A stretch of DNA of 64,000 nucleotides, taken from the NCBI GenBank assembly GCA_038321985.1, contig JBBQFN010000005.1:167806-231805 (forward strand), given 5' to 3'. The position numbers and the translations under genes were made by a program. The stretch is from Cyanophyceae cyanobacterium. Its GTDB lineage: Bacteria; Cyanobacteriota; Cyanobacteriia; Cyanobacteriales; Laspinemataceae. A model generated the notes under the pieces. It worked only from the letters and a program-made list of their open reading frames with translations, did not search any database and was not told where the DNA came from. Below, in pieces: positions 11,491-22,227 of the stretch (the first letter of the stretch is position 1; each line of letters begins with the position of its first letter).

Positions 11491-14121
11491 TTGGGTCTGA
11501 TCGCACTTGTTACTCCAGAGTTATTTATGAAAATGCTAAACTCCCAGCGAATGCCCTTATCTCAGTTAAAACGGGGACTGCTGTTATCTGTTGGCCTTTT
11601 TTTATTGGCATTCCCCACCCCTGCGATCGCCCAAACTGCGGAGGAGTGGGTTGAACAAGGACGTCAACTCTACCAATCCGGTGAGTTTTCAGCAGCGGCG
11701 GCGGTTTGGGAAACAGCGGCGAGTCACAGTGGTAGAGAAGGCGATCTGTTGCAGCAAGCGCTCGCCCTGAGCAATCTTTCCGCTGCATTACAAGAATTGG
11801 GAGAGTGGGAGAGGGCAAAAGAGGCAGTCGCCCAAAGTCTAGCTTTGATTCAAAGTGAGTCTAACTCTCCCTCAGCAGTCCGGATACTCGCCCAGGTGCT
11901 CAATACCCGAGGCGGATTGGAATTTACCCTAGGACAAACAGAATCGGCGGTGACAACTTGGGAACAGGCGGCAGATGCCTACCGCCAAGCCGGGGAAAAA
12001 TCCGGGGAGTATCGGGCATGGATTAACCAAGCGCGAGCTTTACAGGCATTAGGATTGTATCGGCGATCGGTAACTCGCTTAGAACAACTTCAAACTTTGT
12101 TAGCCCAGGAAACCGATTCTCCGACTCAGGTAACCTCTCTGCTTGCCTTGGGGAATGCCTTACGCATGGTGGGGAATTTAGAACAATCCGAGAGTGTCTT
12201 ACGGGAGAGTTTGGCAACTGCGCAACGGTTACAGTCCCCTGCCGCCATTAGCGAAAGTGCAGTCGCCTTAGGTAATACGGTCCAGGCCCGCAAAGACGGG
12301 AAGTCTGCTCTAGCCTTGTATCAACAAGCAGCAGCAACGGCAGAATCACCAAGTACCCAGGTACAAGCCCGACTCAATGCCCTGTCTCTCTTAATTGAAA
12401 ATCCTCTAATTTTCTCCGATTCCGCCTCTCAATTGCTTATTCAAACCTTGATTCCCCAAATCCAGACCCAAATTGAAGGGTTGCCAGCCAGCCGGATGAC
12501 AGTGTATGCTCGAATTAAGTTTGCACAGAGTTGGGTGCAGTGGCATGAGGGTAAGTCCTCCATGAGTACGGTTCTGCCCGAGGCGGCTAAAATTTTAGCG
12601 ACGGCAGTACAACAAGCCAAAAGTATAAGTGACCGCCGCGCTCAATCCTATGCTTTAGGGACTCTCGGGGCATTATACGAACGCGATCGCCCTGGGAAAG
12701 AAGCTCTAGGCTTAACTCAGCAGGCGTTGGAATTGGCCGAATATATCAATGCAGTAGATATTGCATATCGCTGGCAATGGCAACAGGGACGGTTACTACA
12801 GGCCCAGGGCGATCGCCCTGGGGCAATCGTTGCCTATTCTCAAGCGGTAACCTCTTTGGAGTCTTTGCGCCAAGATTTAGTTACGACTAATCGGGAAGTC
12901 CAGTTTTCCTTTCGCGATAGTGTCGAACCTGTCTATCGAGAGTTAGTTGCTTTATTGTTAGACACGCGATCGCCCAATGGCAAAGCGACCCAAGTCGTCT
13001 CCCAGGAAAACCTCCAAAAAGCCTTACAGGCGATCGAATCCCTGAAGTTAGCCGAACTCGATAACTTTTTTCGCGATGCTTGTATCGATAGCAATCCCAT
13101 GGAACTGGATAAACAACAGGTTGACCCCACAGCCGCGATCATCTATCCGATCATCTTGGATGATCGCTTAGAAGTAATCGTTTCCCTCTCCAATCAACCC
13201 TTACAGCATTATTCAACCCCCTTATCCAAAGCGGAAATAGAACAAACCCTGATTACCTTGCGAAGAACTATAGTAACTCGCACTTCCCTGCAATATCGGG
13301 TTTACGCCAACACCGTTTATAACTGGTTAATTGCCCCAATTCAAGATACTTTAGCCAACAGTGGGGTTAAAACTTTAGTCTTTGTTTCCGATGGAATGTT
13401 TAGAAATATTCCAATGGCTGCCCTATATGACGGAAAACAATTTTTGTTAGAAAAATACAGCATTGCCGTCAGTCCCGGGCTCAAACTCACCGCACCCCAC
13501 CGCTTAAAACGAGGAACCTTAAAAGCTTTAACTGCCGGATTAACTCAAGAACGGTTTGGCTTCTCACGACTCCCAAATGTGGCGATCGAAATCCAGCAAA
13601 TCAATGCCGCACTCCCGGGAATTATTCTCATGGATAACAGCTTTACCCGCGATACCTTACAACAACAGCTTTTAAAAACTCCCTTTCCCGTACTACATAT
13701 TGCCACCCACGGTCAGTTTAGCTCTAGTGCGGAAGATACTTTTATTCTCGCTTGGGATGATCGCATCAATGTGAATGAACTAGATACTTTACTCCGAGTG
13801 AGAAACCGCAGCAACAGTACCGATGACCTAGAATTACTGGTCCTCAGTGCCTGTCAAACCGCAAGCGGCGACGATCGCGCAGCTTTGGGACTAGCAGGAA
13901 TGGCCGTTCGGGCCGGTGCACGCAGTACCCTTGCTACCCTCTGGTACATTGATGACGCAGCCACAGTTCCCCTGATGATTGATTTTTACCACTCCTTAAA
14001 CCAATCCGATCTCACCAAAGCTGAGGCGTTGCGCCAAGCCCAACTCAAACTGTTGCAAAATCCTGATTATCAACATCCTATTTATTGGGCTGCTTATCTG
14101 TTAGTCGGCAATTGGTTGTAA
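11491..14121 (+). CDS. TPR + CHAT (caspase-like) domain protein with signal peptide
   Basis: TPR-like helices; CHAT catalytic motifs LHIATHGQF and LVLSACQTA; terminal HPIYWAAYLLVGNW; start may be a few codons downstream. Confidence 0.92.
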   Translation: MGLIALVTPELFMKMLNSQRMPLSQLKRGLLLSVGLFLLAFPTPAIAQTAEEWVEQGRQLYQSGEFSAAAAVWETAASHSGREGDLLQQALALSNLSAALQELGEWERAKEAVAQSLALIQSESNSPSAVRILAQVLNTRGGLEFTLGQTESAVTTWEQAADAYRQAGEKSGEYRAWINQARALQALGLYRRSVTRLEQLQTLLAQETDSPTQVTSLLALGNALRMVGNLEQSESVLRESLATAQRLQSPAAISESAVALGNTVQARKDGKSALALYQQAAATAESPSTQVQARLNALSLLIENPLIFSDSASQLLIQTLIPQIQTQIEGLPASRMTVYARIKFAQSWVQWHEGKSSMSTVLPEAAKILATAVQQAKSISDRRAQSYALGTLGALYERDRPGKEALGLTQQALELAEYINAVDIAYRWQWQQGRLLQAQGDRPGAIVAYSQAVTSLESLRQDLVTTNREVQFSFRDSVEPVYRELVALLLDTRSPNGKATQVVSQENLQKALQAIESLKLAELDNFFRDACIDSNPMELDKQQVDPTAAIIYPIILDDRLEVIVSLSNQPLQHYSTPLSKAEIEQTLITLRRTIVTRTSLQYRVYANTVYNWLIAPIQDTLANSGVKTLVFVSDGMFRNIPMAALYDGKQFLLEKYSIAVSPGLKLTAPHRLKRGTLKALTAGLTQERFGFSRLPNVAIEIQQINAALPGIILMDNSFTRDTLQQQLLKTPFPVLHIATHGQFSSSAEDTFILAWDDRINVNELDTLLRVRNRSNSTDDLELLVLSACQTASGDDRAALGLAGMAVRAGARSTLATLWYIDDAATVPLMIDFYHSLNQSDLTKAEALRQAQLKLLQNPDYQHPIYWAAYLLVGNWL

Positions 14122-14218
14122 ACTAGAGAAAGGTTTATCCTTTTAAACCTGTCAATATTTCAGGAGAACTTGGCATCCCACAGGTTATTCCCTCTGCAAC
14201 TGCCTAAAGGTCTCCAAA

Positions 14219-14758
14219 GTGGAACTTCTAAAAATGCTAGACCCGTTATTAAATTTAATTATTATTGGTCTACCTCGACTCGCTGCCAGCCTGGTGATTG
14301 TCATCAGCTTTGGGTTTGCGAGTGCCTTGTTACGAAAGCTGATTCGCCGCCTCAGTACAACCAGCAATTTAAGTCTAGATGCCTTAAAATTGCTGGAACA
14401 AACCCTCGTTAGCACAGTTTGGATTCTGGGTATCGTCACCGCCCTGGGAACCCTAGGTATTGATGTTTCTGCCTTAATTGCCGGATTGGGTCTGACCGGG
14501 TTTGCGGTGGGGTTGGCCTTAAAAGATATCCTCTCTAATCTCGTCTCGGGGGCTTTGATTTTAATTTATCGTCCCTTCCGACGTCGCGATCGCATTGCAG
14601 TCGGAAATTTTGAAGGGACGGTGATTGATATTGACTTACGTTATACCACCCTTCAAGGAGAAAGCAAAAAAATCTTAATTCCCAACTCTTATTTATTTAC
14701 CAATACCATTTGTGTGATTCAAGACTCCGGTGTTAAAATTATTACAAAAACCTATTGA
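14219..14758 (+). CDS. Small MscS-family mechanosensitive channel
   Basis: AGLGLTGFAVGLALKDILSN, RPFR..DRI, IPNS. Confidence 0.85.
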   Translation: MELLKMLDPLLNLIIIGLPRLAASLVIVISFGFASALLRKLIRRLSTTSNLSLDALKLLEQTLVSTVWILGIVTALGTLGIDVSALIAGLGLTGFAVGLALKDILSNLVSGALILIYRPFRRRDRIAVGNFEGTVIDIDLRYTTLQGESKKILIPNSYLFTNTICVIQDSGVKIITKTY

Positions 14759-15060
14759 TTTTTCTTAAACCCTGTTCTACGTGCTAACCCAGACGCTTTG
14801 TGAACGCGAACACCAATACACGCCAAAAATCTACCTCCTAAACGAGTCCCAGGCTATCAATATTTACTAGAAAACAATTCTTATTCGGGGAATTGAGTAT
14901 ATTTTTCAGAGAAACTGGGCTTCGGAAATGGTAAGAGTACCCTCGCATCTGAGGTGAACAGGCGACTATCTAAAGTCGGAAGGGTAGGGCGAAAAAATGA
15001 TATAATCTCAAATAAATCTAAAACTGTACCCGTTACCCTAGACTATCTAAGCCCTTAAAA

Positions 15061-15375
15061 ATGGTAAACTCCCTCAATCGCCTGTTAGGTCGTCACCCAG
15101 AAAACATCAAAGCCTATGTAGAAATCTACACTTGGCAAACCTGTCCCTACTGCATTCGGGCTAAAGTCCTCCTGAAGTGGAAAGGGGTCAAGTTCACCGA
15201 ATATAAAATTGATGGCAATGGTGCCGCGCGAGTAAAAATGGCAGAACGTGCCAATGGACGCCGCAGCGTTCCCCAGATTTTTATCAACGATCGCCATATC
15301 GGGGGATGTGATGATCTGTATGAACTCGATACAAAAGCACAGTTAGATCCCCTACTAATCCTGGCACCCAATTAA
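15061..15375 (+). CDS. grxC: Glutaredoxin 3
   Basis: CPYC, SVPQIFI, IGGCDDL. Confidence 0.92.
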   Translation: MVNSLNRLLGRHPENIKAYVEIYTWQTCPYCIRAKVLLKWKGVKFTEYKIDGNGAARVKMAERANGRRSVPQIFINDRHIGGCDDLYELDTKAQLDPLLILAPN

Positions 15376-15451
15376 TTTAAGGGGGACCATTCCTCCCGAG
15401 ATGAACTCCATTTAACATCTGTCCCCAAAGTTAACCCAACCCCCAAAAACT

Positions 15452-15865
15452 ATGACTTATTTTTTTATTTATGACGGTAACTGCAACCTTTGTGTGAGTG
15501 TTGTCCAGCTTTTAGAAACATTCGACAAAGGAGACATTTTCCGGTACATTCCCATGCAGGATGAAACCAGTCTCTCCCGCCTGGGTGTGACCCCAAAAGA
15601 CTGCGAACAAGGCATGATTTTAATCGATGCTGACTCCCCGGAACGACGGTGGCAGGGAAGTGAGGCGGCAGAAGAACTGGGGAATATATTACCCGGAGGC
15701 AGCCTATTCGTCAGCGCCTATCGCGCACTTCCTGGGATGAAATGGACCGGAGATCGCCTCTATGAACAAATCCGGGATAATCGTTATCAACTCTTTGGTC
15801 AACGAACGGATACCTATCACTCTAGTTATCCCGGCGACTGCGAAACCTGTAATTATCCAAGGTAA
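15452..15865 (+). CDS. DCC-family thiol-disulfide oxidoreductase (DUF393)
   Basis: N-terminal YDGNCNLC, Y..I.DNRY.LFG. Confidence 0.85.
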   Translation: MTYFFIYDGNCNLCVSVVQLLETFDKGDIFRYIPMQDETSLSRLGVTPKDCEQGMILIDADSPERRWQGSEAAEELGNILPGGSLFVSAYRALPGMKWTGDRLYEQIRDNRYQLFGQRTDTYHSSYPGDCETCNYPR

Positions 15866-15870
15866 TCCTA

Positions 15871-16362
15871 GTGGTGCAAGACCCGCAGTATCTTATACAC
15901 CGGGACTGGATGAGTCAGGCGATCGCTCTCGCCCAAGCTGCCGCAGAGGCTGGAGAAGTTCCCGTGGGTGCGATCGTTCTAGACTCTTCTGGAAAGGCAG
16001 TCGCTCAAACCCAAAACCGTAGAGAACGAGACAACGACCCCACCGCCCATGCCGAAATTCTTGCCCTGCGTGCAGCGGGTCAAATGTTACAGAATTGGCA
16101 TTTGAACGGCTGCACGCTCTATGTTACCCTAGAACCCTGTCCTATGTGCGCCGGGGCGATCGCTCAATCTCGTCTGAGTCTCCTCGTCTATGGTGCTGAC
16201 GACCCTAAAAGCGGCGCAATTCGCACCGTTCTCAATATTCCCGATAGTCCTGCTTCCTTTCACCGTTTATCCGTCCTAGGCGGCATTTTAGAATCCCCCT
16301 GTCGAGAGCAATTACAATCCTGGTTCTCTCAGCGCCGACAGCCCCCGGTAACAAGGTCCTGA
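15871..16362 (+). CDS. tadA: tRNA adenosine(34) deaminase
   Basis: GEVPVGA, DPTAHAE, TLEPCPMC, YGADDPK. Confidence 0.92.
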   Translation: MVQDPQYLIHRDWMSQAIALAQAAAEAGEVPVGAIVLDSSGKAVAQTQNRRERDNDPTAHAEILALRAAGQMLQNWHLNGCTLYVTLEPCPMCAGAIAQSRLSLLVYGADDPKSGAIRTVLNIPDSPASFHRLSVLGGILESPCREQLQSWFSQRRQPPVTRS

Positions 16363-16707
16363 ATTACCGGGGCGATCGCCCTGGGCCAAATTTTTAAACA
16401 CAGAATATCTCGGGTCAGGGCATATTTGATTCTATCTGAATGGTTGCATTAGGACAGTCTTAAAACTGTCCCTTTATTCCCGTTTCTGATTAAATATTTT
16501 CAGTACAATAGACTAAATATTGGGAAGAAAATTCCCGCAATAAGTTGTTATAAATAAAGGGTAAGATAGTTTTATGTTATCTCTAAGCCGTAGTGAATTA
16601 TAAATTATTTAAAAAAAATATATTATTTTTTCAATAAAATCAATTAAAAAATCCGTTTAACTTTTAAAATTACTTGGTAATTTTACCTTCAATTCCCTAG
16701 AAATACC

Positions 16708-17412
16708 ATGCAGAATCAAACAGTTAATCCTCTGGCTCAATCCGATAAAAATCAACTCGTGAGTTCTAAAGTTTCCCCTTGGTTAGCCAGTGCACTTTAT
16801 CCCTTAGGTCGTTTTATTGTTCTCCCTGCCTACTTTAAAAATATTGAAGTAATCGGGCGAGAAAATCTCCCTACCTCTGGACCCACCATCCTTGCTCCGA
16901 CCCATCGCTCTCGATGGGATGGGATTCTAGTCGCTTATGCCACAGGCCGACATATCACGGGACGCGACTTACGATATATGGTCTCTATTGATGAATTTAA
17001 AGGAATTGAGGGTTGGTTAATTCCCCGTTTAGGTGGATTTCCCATTGATAGAAAACGTCCGGGGATTGCGAGTTTACGCCACGGAGTCGAACTCCTCCAA
17101 TCGGGCCAAATGTTGGCAATTTTCCCCGAAGGTGCTATTTTTCAAGATGATGAAATTCACCCCCTCAAACCTGGATTAGCGCGACTCGCGATTCAAGCCG
17201 AATCCCTCCAGCCCAATTTGGGCGTAAAAATTGTTCCTATGAGTTTGGAGTATCAACCGACGATTCCCGAGTGGCGATCGCAGGTTAAAATTATAATTGC
17301 CCCTCCCTTAGAAGTTTCGGGTTATTGCCTAGATACCCCTAAAGAGAGCGGAAATCAACTGACAGCCGATTTAGAAACAGCACTGCGGGCGATCGGTCAA
17401 AATCCGGGGTAA
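16708..17412 (+). CDS. plsC: 1-acyl-sn-glycerol-3-phosphate acyltransferase (PlsC family)
   Basis: HRSRWD (HX4D) and IFPEG motifs. Confidence 0.85.
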   Translation: MQNQTVNPLAQSDKNQLVSSKVSPWLASALYPLGRFIVLPAYFKNIEVIGRENLPTSGPTILAPTHRSRWDGILVAYATGRHITGRDLRYMVSIDEFKGIEGWLIPRLGGFPIDRKRPGIASLRHGVELLQSGQMLAIFPEGAIFQDDEIHPLKPGLARLAIQAESLQPNLGVKIVPMSLEYQPTIPEWRSQVKIIIAPPLEVSGYCLDTPKESGNQLTADLETALRAIGQNPG

Positions 17413-17585
17413 CTCGTCGGCCATTTTATCCCTTTATCACGAGAAAGATAACGGGTCACGGAAACTGAATGCCTTGTTATTAATTATAAAAAAGTGGGGT
17501 GGTTAAGTAACCACCCAATCGATTCTATTCACTTTTACCCTAACCTGCTTAGGCTAACTGCATCCAGTGAAGCAGAATGAATCCC

Positions 17586-18791
17586 TTAACCCGCCCCTAA
17601 GATGTCCGGGGATACCGCTTGAAACATCCCGTTTAACTCGAACGGATTTACATTTAAAACAATCCCTAAAATTTCATTGGTGCTGTTGATTTGGATGACT
17701 GCATCAGGCACCTGATTGCCATCTACATTAACGAAACGCTGATAGCTAATATCATTTTCAGTCAACCCATCAGTCAAGCCGATGCGATCGCCCTCTGCGC
17801 GGTTAAAATCGGTAATGTGATCGGCGAACTGCGGGTCCACCACCCCAACAGCGGTATCTCGACGCAGAACGAACAAATCGCCCCCTGTGCCTCCCCTGAG
17901 AACGTCAGGACCAAAATCGCCGATTAAAAAATCATCCCCAGCTTCGCCATATAGATAATCTTTGCCTTTACCCCCGCGAACAATATCGTTGCCATCGCCG
18001 CCAAAAACAACATCCTTATCATTATTGCCATTGATGACGTCATTAGCAGCGCTGCCATAGAGTTCATCCTCGCCTTTGCCGCCGCGTAAAAAGTTATTTC
18101 CCCCGGTCCCGTAGATGCGATCGCGACCCGCATTGCCATTGACGACTTCACCGGAGGCGGAACCGATGATGATATCATCTCCATCTAATGCCCGTAGTCC
18201 TAATGGGTAGGCATTCACCGCCCCAGGAGCCAATTGAACGCGCTCGACATTGGCGGTGAGGTCAAAAAATCCCTGACTGTTGGAAGTTAAGGGTTCAGAA
18301 AGGAGGGTGACTCCCTCAACCGGAGGGGCGCTCGGAGTCCGGGGGATCAGGTCTTCTAGGCTGATCGGATCCTCAATTATAAGGGGAGTCGCAAAAACTT
18401 GGGTCCAATAATGGGAGAAATTAATATTGCCGGTATCATTTCCCTGAAAATGATAGCCCACACCAATTTCGGTCACGTTTGGATTGAGGATATTGACCCG
18501 GTGTTCGGGACTATTCATCCAGTCAAGGACTACTTGTTCCGGTGTCGGTTGACCCCCCGCTACGTTTTCAGCAACCGTCTGGTAGTTGTACCCTTGACTT
18601 GTTACGCGATCGGCTGCCAACGATCCATCCAACGGATTGGTATGGTCCATAAAATCGCGCATTCCCATATTGGCGCTATGGACTTGTGCTGCCGCCGCTA
18701 ATTGCGGATTGAACGTAAGAGGGGCTAAACCCTGTTGCGCGCGCTCTACGTTGGTCAGTTCGACAACACGATTGAGAAATGCTGAAGTCAT
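17586..18791 (-). CDS. CAP/SCP domain protein with RTX-type Ca-binding repeats
   Basis: TNVERAQQGL, AENVAGG, WMNSPEHR.NIL, YWTQVF; repeated GGxGxD nonapeptides. Confidence 0.9.
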   Translation of the reverse strand: MTSAFLNRVVELTNVERAQQGLAPLTFNPQLAAAAQVHSANMGMRDFMDHTNPLDGSLAADRVTSQGYNYQTVAENVAGGQPTPEQVVLDWMNSPEHRVNILNPNVTEIGVGYHFQGNDTGNINFSHYWTQVFATPLIIEDPISLEDLIPRTPSAPPVEGVTLLSEPLTSNSQGFFDLTANVERVQLAPGAVNAYPLGLRALDGDDIIIGSASGEVVNGNAGRDRIYGTGGNNFLRGGKGEDELYGSAANDVINGNNDKDVVFGGDGNDIVRGGKGKDYLYGEAGDDFLIGDFGPDVLRGGTGGDLFVLRRDTAVGVVDPQFADHITDFNRAEGDRIGLTDGLTENDISYQRFVNVDGNQVPDAVIQINSTNEILGIVLNVNPFELNGMFQAVSPDILGAG

Positions 18792-19541
18792 CTATCTACT
18801 CCTGGTGTACATTACCTGCCTCCCGGATAGGTTGAGTTGCGATGAATGTGCTAACTCAACCCCGGTCGGTTCGAGAAAAATGGTCAAGCTAAACGCTCCC
18901 GTTCCTCCTGTGGTCTGCTGGATCGGTGGGTTTGACTGTATTGGACTAACTCTCACTCCATGTGCTATAACAAGGGAGTTCATGGGTGAAATATTAACGA
19001 TTCTGCCCCAAATGCTGGGATAGTTACGCCCCTAGATAAGCGGTAGCCGTAACAAGTATAACATCCGTGAACCTCTCCCTGTTTCCTATATTTTTTGAGT
19101 TTCGTTTTTAGTTCTTGAATTTACTTTAAGTGAATAGATAAGACCTGTCAAGACTAAATATATAAATCTTTGTTAAAGCAGCAAACTTAAAAAAAGTTAA
19201 TTTAATTCGGACTGATTTGCAAAAGGAAATTGATCGCAATCCCTTACAGGTGCGATCGCGATCACAGACAATTGACAGATAATTACTGATTCTTTGTTAG
19301 CTTCCTAGAAAGGCCGGAAGAATCGCCGCAGATTTTCCCAATTATATGCAAAATTGATTTAATCGAATCTCACTTAAACAACTGCATCATTGCTAAAATA
19401 ATCTGATGCTGTCAGGTAGAGAAAAGGTAAGAAGATCGCCTGAAGCTGAATCTCTTTGAGAAATTTACAGCCCACATAAAACAGGGGGAGAATAGGCCCG
19501 AAACTCAACCCCCTCCCCCTTTATCCTGCCTTCGACGGGGA

Positions 19542-21707
19542 CTAAACCGCTAAAGTCAAATCCCAGCTGTTCAGTGTTCCCATATCTCCTGGAACACTAT
19601 CTCTGACCCACAACTGCCAGACCCCCTTAGCGGATTGATTGCAAAGCTGGCGCAGGGTTGGGGTGGTCTGTATGGAGTAAGTTTTATTCAACTGAGTTTG
19701 ACACCCCAGGGTCCGGCTTTGCAATTGCACAAAATGACCGTTGGGCGCAATTAAGTAAAGTTCCAAATCTCCGAGATAGCTGTGTTGGATATCTACCGTG
19801 ACTCGGATATCACCAACGACACTCGAATCGGCAACAGAGATTTCGCTCATTAATCCAGGGCGATTATTGCTTCCGAAAACGTTAAAGGGAAATAAGCTCG
19901 CTTGATTCGCTTCAAAATCAGGAATTGCCTGCCGACGAGTGTTGCGTTCCTGAATCGAATGAGTAAGCTGTGTCGGCATTACAAACAGAAGCTGAGCCCG
20001 TTTTACTGCATTATACGCATTCACTTTTCCATAGCCAAACCACTGAGAGTGACCCTTACTATCATAAGTGCCATAGCGATTGCCGAGTTGAATATCGACA
20101 CCAGTATCGATAATCTTATCCGCACTTTGCTCTAAAATCTGCTTGACCTGAGCCGCCGTCAAGTGAGGATTCACAGAAAGGACTAAAGCAGCCACACCGG
20201 CAACCACAGGACAGGCACTGGAAGTCCCCCCGAAATAGCCTGTATAATCTCCGTCATCGTAACCGAGAGACCCGAGGCGATCGGTTGTGAAAATACCCAA
20301 ACCTGTTAAGTACCCCTTAATCTCTGGGGGGGTGTTCACCGAGCCCATTTCTTGAAGCCACATTCCCGGAGGTGCGTTATTACTCGGAGCACAAACGGAG
20401 ATGGAACTCCCCCAGTTACTATAGGCTGCCTTTTTATTCAGGCTGGTGCAAGCCGCCACGGTGATGACATCGGGATGGACAGCAAAACCACTGAGCCATT
20501 TAACTGACCCGGTGAGTACGTTATTGGGCCAGCCACTCTCGTTAACGGTGCCAGTGGTGGGACGGTTGGCATTGCCTGCGGCAAAGACGATAACACAACC
20601 CTTGCCATTGCGTCCTTGGGTGGCGGCTCGGGTAATGGCAGCTCGTTGACGCAGAGAGAGGGGAAAATATACCGCAGAAGCCCCCCAACTACAGGAAATC
20701 ACTGAGGCTCCTTTGGTCACGGCCCAATCAAAGACTTGCTCGATGGATTCGTCATCTAAGTAGCCGGTGGTTCGGATTGGCATCAGGGCGCAACCGGGGG
20801 CAACACCCACAATACCGACGCCATTTTCTTCGGCAACGGCGACTCCTGCACAGGCGGTGCCGTGGTTGTCTGACTCTCCTTCGGGGAGGGGTAAAAAGTT
20901 TTTACGCTTAAAGTCTTTGGGGGCGACGACTTTACCGGGGCCTTGGAAATCCGGGTGATTGAGGTCGATCGCATCATCGGTGACGGCAACTACCACAGAA
21001 CGGATGCCTCGGGTAATATCCCAGGCTTTTTCTGCCTCAATGTGGGAACCGGGGGCGAGGTCTTGTCCTCCTTTGTTATGTAAATACCACTGTTTGTGAT
21101 AGAAGCTGCTGCGCGGCAGGTAGTGGTTTTGGGTCGTGATGACGATGTTGGGTTCGGCGGTGAGAACCTCGGATTTTCGCATCAGCCGGTTGGCAATTTT
21201 GATGGGGTTTTCCGTGGCAGTACGACGGAGGTAGCTAATAAAGGTGTTGGGGATGCCTCCGATGGGTTTGGCGAGGTCAAGTTTTACGGAATCAGCGATC
21301 GCCTGGCGTTGGGTTTCATCTACGGTTTCAGCAAATTGAATCGTGACCTCATCGGTGAGGTAAACCCGCATTTGCGGATTGTTATCCACTTTATAAACAT
21401 GACTGACAAAGGCGACTTCTTTTAAATTACGCACCCAAATCATGACCTTTTCTAGGTCCGCCTCGTCCACGGTAAATTCTTCTAAATCCGTATTAGGGAG
21501 TTGCTGTTGGTGGGTGGCAGGAATTTGCCTAAACCAATCTTTGGGGGCATTGGGTTCGAGGGGGCGGACTGTAAAGCGATCGCTGAGTTTTAATAGGAGT
21601 AATTCTTCTCCGCCTCGTTGCAATAGGGTCCCGAGACTTTCATCGGATACGCCGATTGCTACGGGATTGGATTCAGAGGCATCTGACCGATAAACTTGAC
21701 CAGTCAT
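19542..21707 (-). CDS. S8 subtilisin-like serine peptidase with proprotein convertase P-domain
   Basis: Catalytic triad motifs TDDAID, NHGTACAG, GGTSSACP; FAAGN; C-terminal H.YLGDL...GVWQL.V.D. Confidence 0.92.
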   Translation of the reverse strand: MTGQVYRSDASESNPVAIGVSDESLGTLLQRGGEELLLLKLSDRFTVRPLEPNAPKDWFRQIPATHQQQLPNTDLEEFTVDEADLEKVMIWVRNLKEVAFVSHVYKVDNNPQMRVYLTDEVTIQFAETVDETQRQAIADSVKLDLAKPIGGIPNTFISYLRRTATENPIKIANRLMRKSEVLTAEPNIVITTQNHYLPRSSFYHKQWYLHNKGGQDLAPGSHIEAEKAWDITRGIRSVVVAVTDDAIDLNHPDFQGPGKVVAPKDFKRKNFLPLPEGESDNHGTACAGVAVAEENGVGIVGVAPGCALMPIRTTGYLDDESIEQVFDWAVTKGASVISCSWGASAVYFPLSLRQRAAITRAATQGRNGKGCVIVFAAGNANRPTTGTVNESGWPNNVLTGSVKWLSGFAVHPDVITVAACTSLNKKAAYSNWGSSISVCAPSNNAPPGMWLQEMGSVNTPPEIKGYLTGLGIFTTDRLGSLGYDDGDYTGYFGGTSSACPVVAGVAALVLSVNPHLTAAQVKQILEQSADKIIDTGVDIQLGNRYGTYDSKGHSQWFGYGKVNAYNAVKRAQLLFVMPTQLTHSIQERNTRRQAIPDFEANQASLFPFNVFGSNNRPGLMSEISVADSSVVGDIRVTVDIQHSYLGDLELYLIAPNGHFVQLQSRTLGCQTQLNKTYSIQTTPTLRQLCNQSAKGVWQLWVRDSVPGDMGTLNSWDLTLAV

Positions 21708-22227
21708 TGGATGTATTCCTTGCTGATTTATCTGTTGGCTAAGGAGTTTTATTCATTTAGCCAACGGATAAATCAGTAAGATTGTAGGTGGCGCAGGATT
21801 TGAGGCGATCGCCGTGCAACGCGAGCACTTGTGTGCAGCGCTGTCCGTAATTCTGCATCCGGTGATCACCAAGTTTCGGGCGATCGCCCCAGGTTGAGCG
21901 AAATTTGCACCGACTGGGAGAGGAACTCCTGAATGCATAAATATAAGTCCCATTACTTTTTTTGTAGAGATTGCCTAAAGAAACCGAGTTTTTAACCTTT
22001 ACTGTTACTGTCTTAATACTGAACCCACCCCCCAGGCGCGGGTTAGTCAATTGCCGAAACACTCATCCCTGATTCTGGGGTGGCGATCGCTAAGGGCCTC
22101 CCCCGGGGAGAATCCACCCCTTAAATTTTTCTCATTTCCAGTTTCCTCAACAAGCCGGGACATTGCAATGTTAAGATACCTAAAGTTTTTATCGCTCTGG
22201 TGTTCTCTCCGCACACAAAGGTACTTT

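Noticed and set aside
17860..18190. Repetitive sequence in the CAP gene
   Set aside because: Ordinary RTX GGxGxD calcium-binding repeats.
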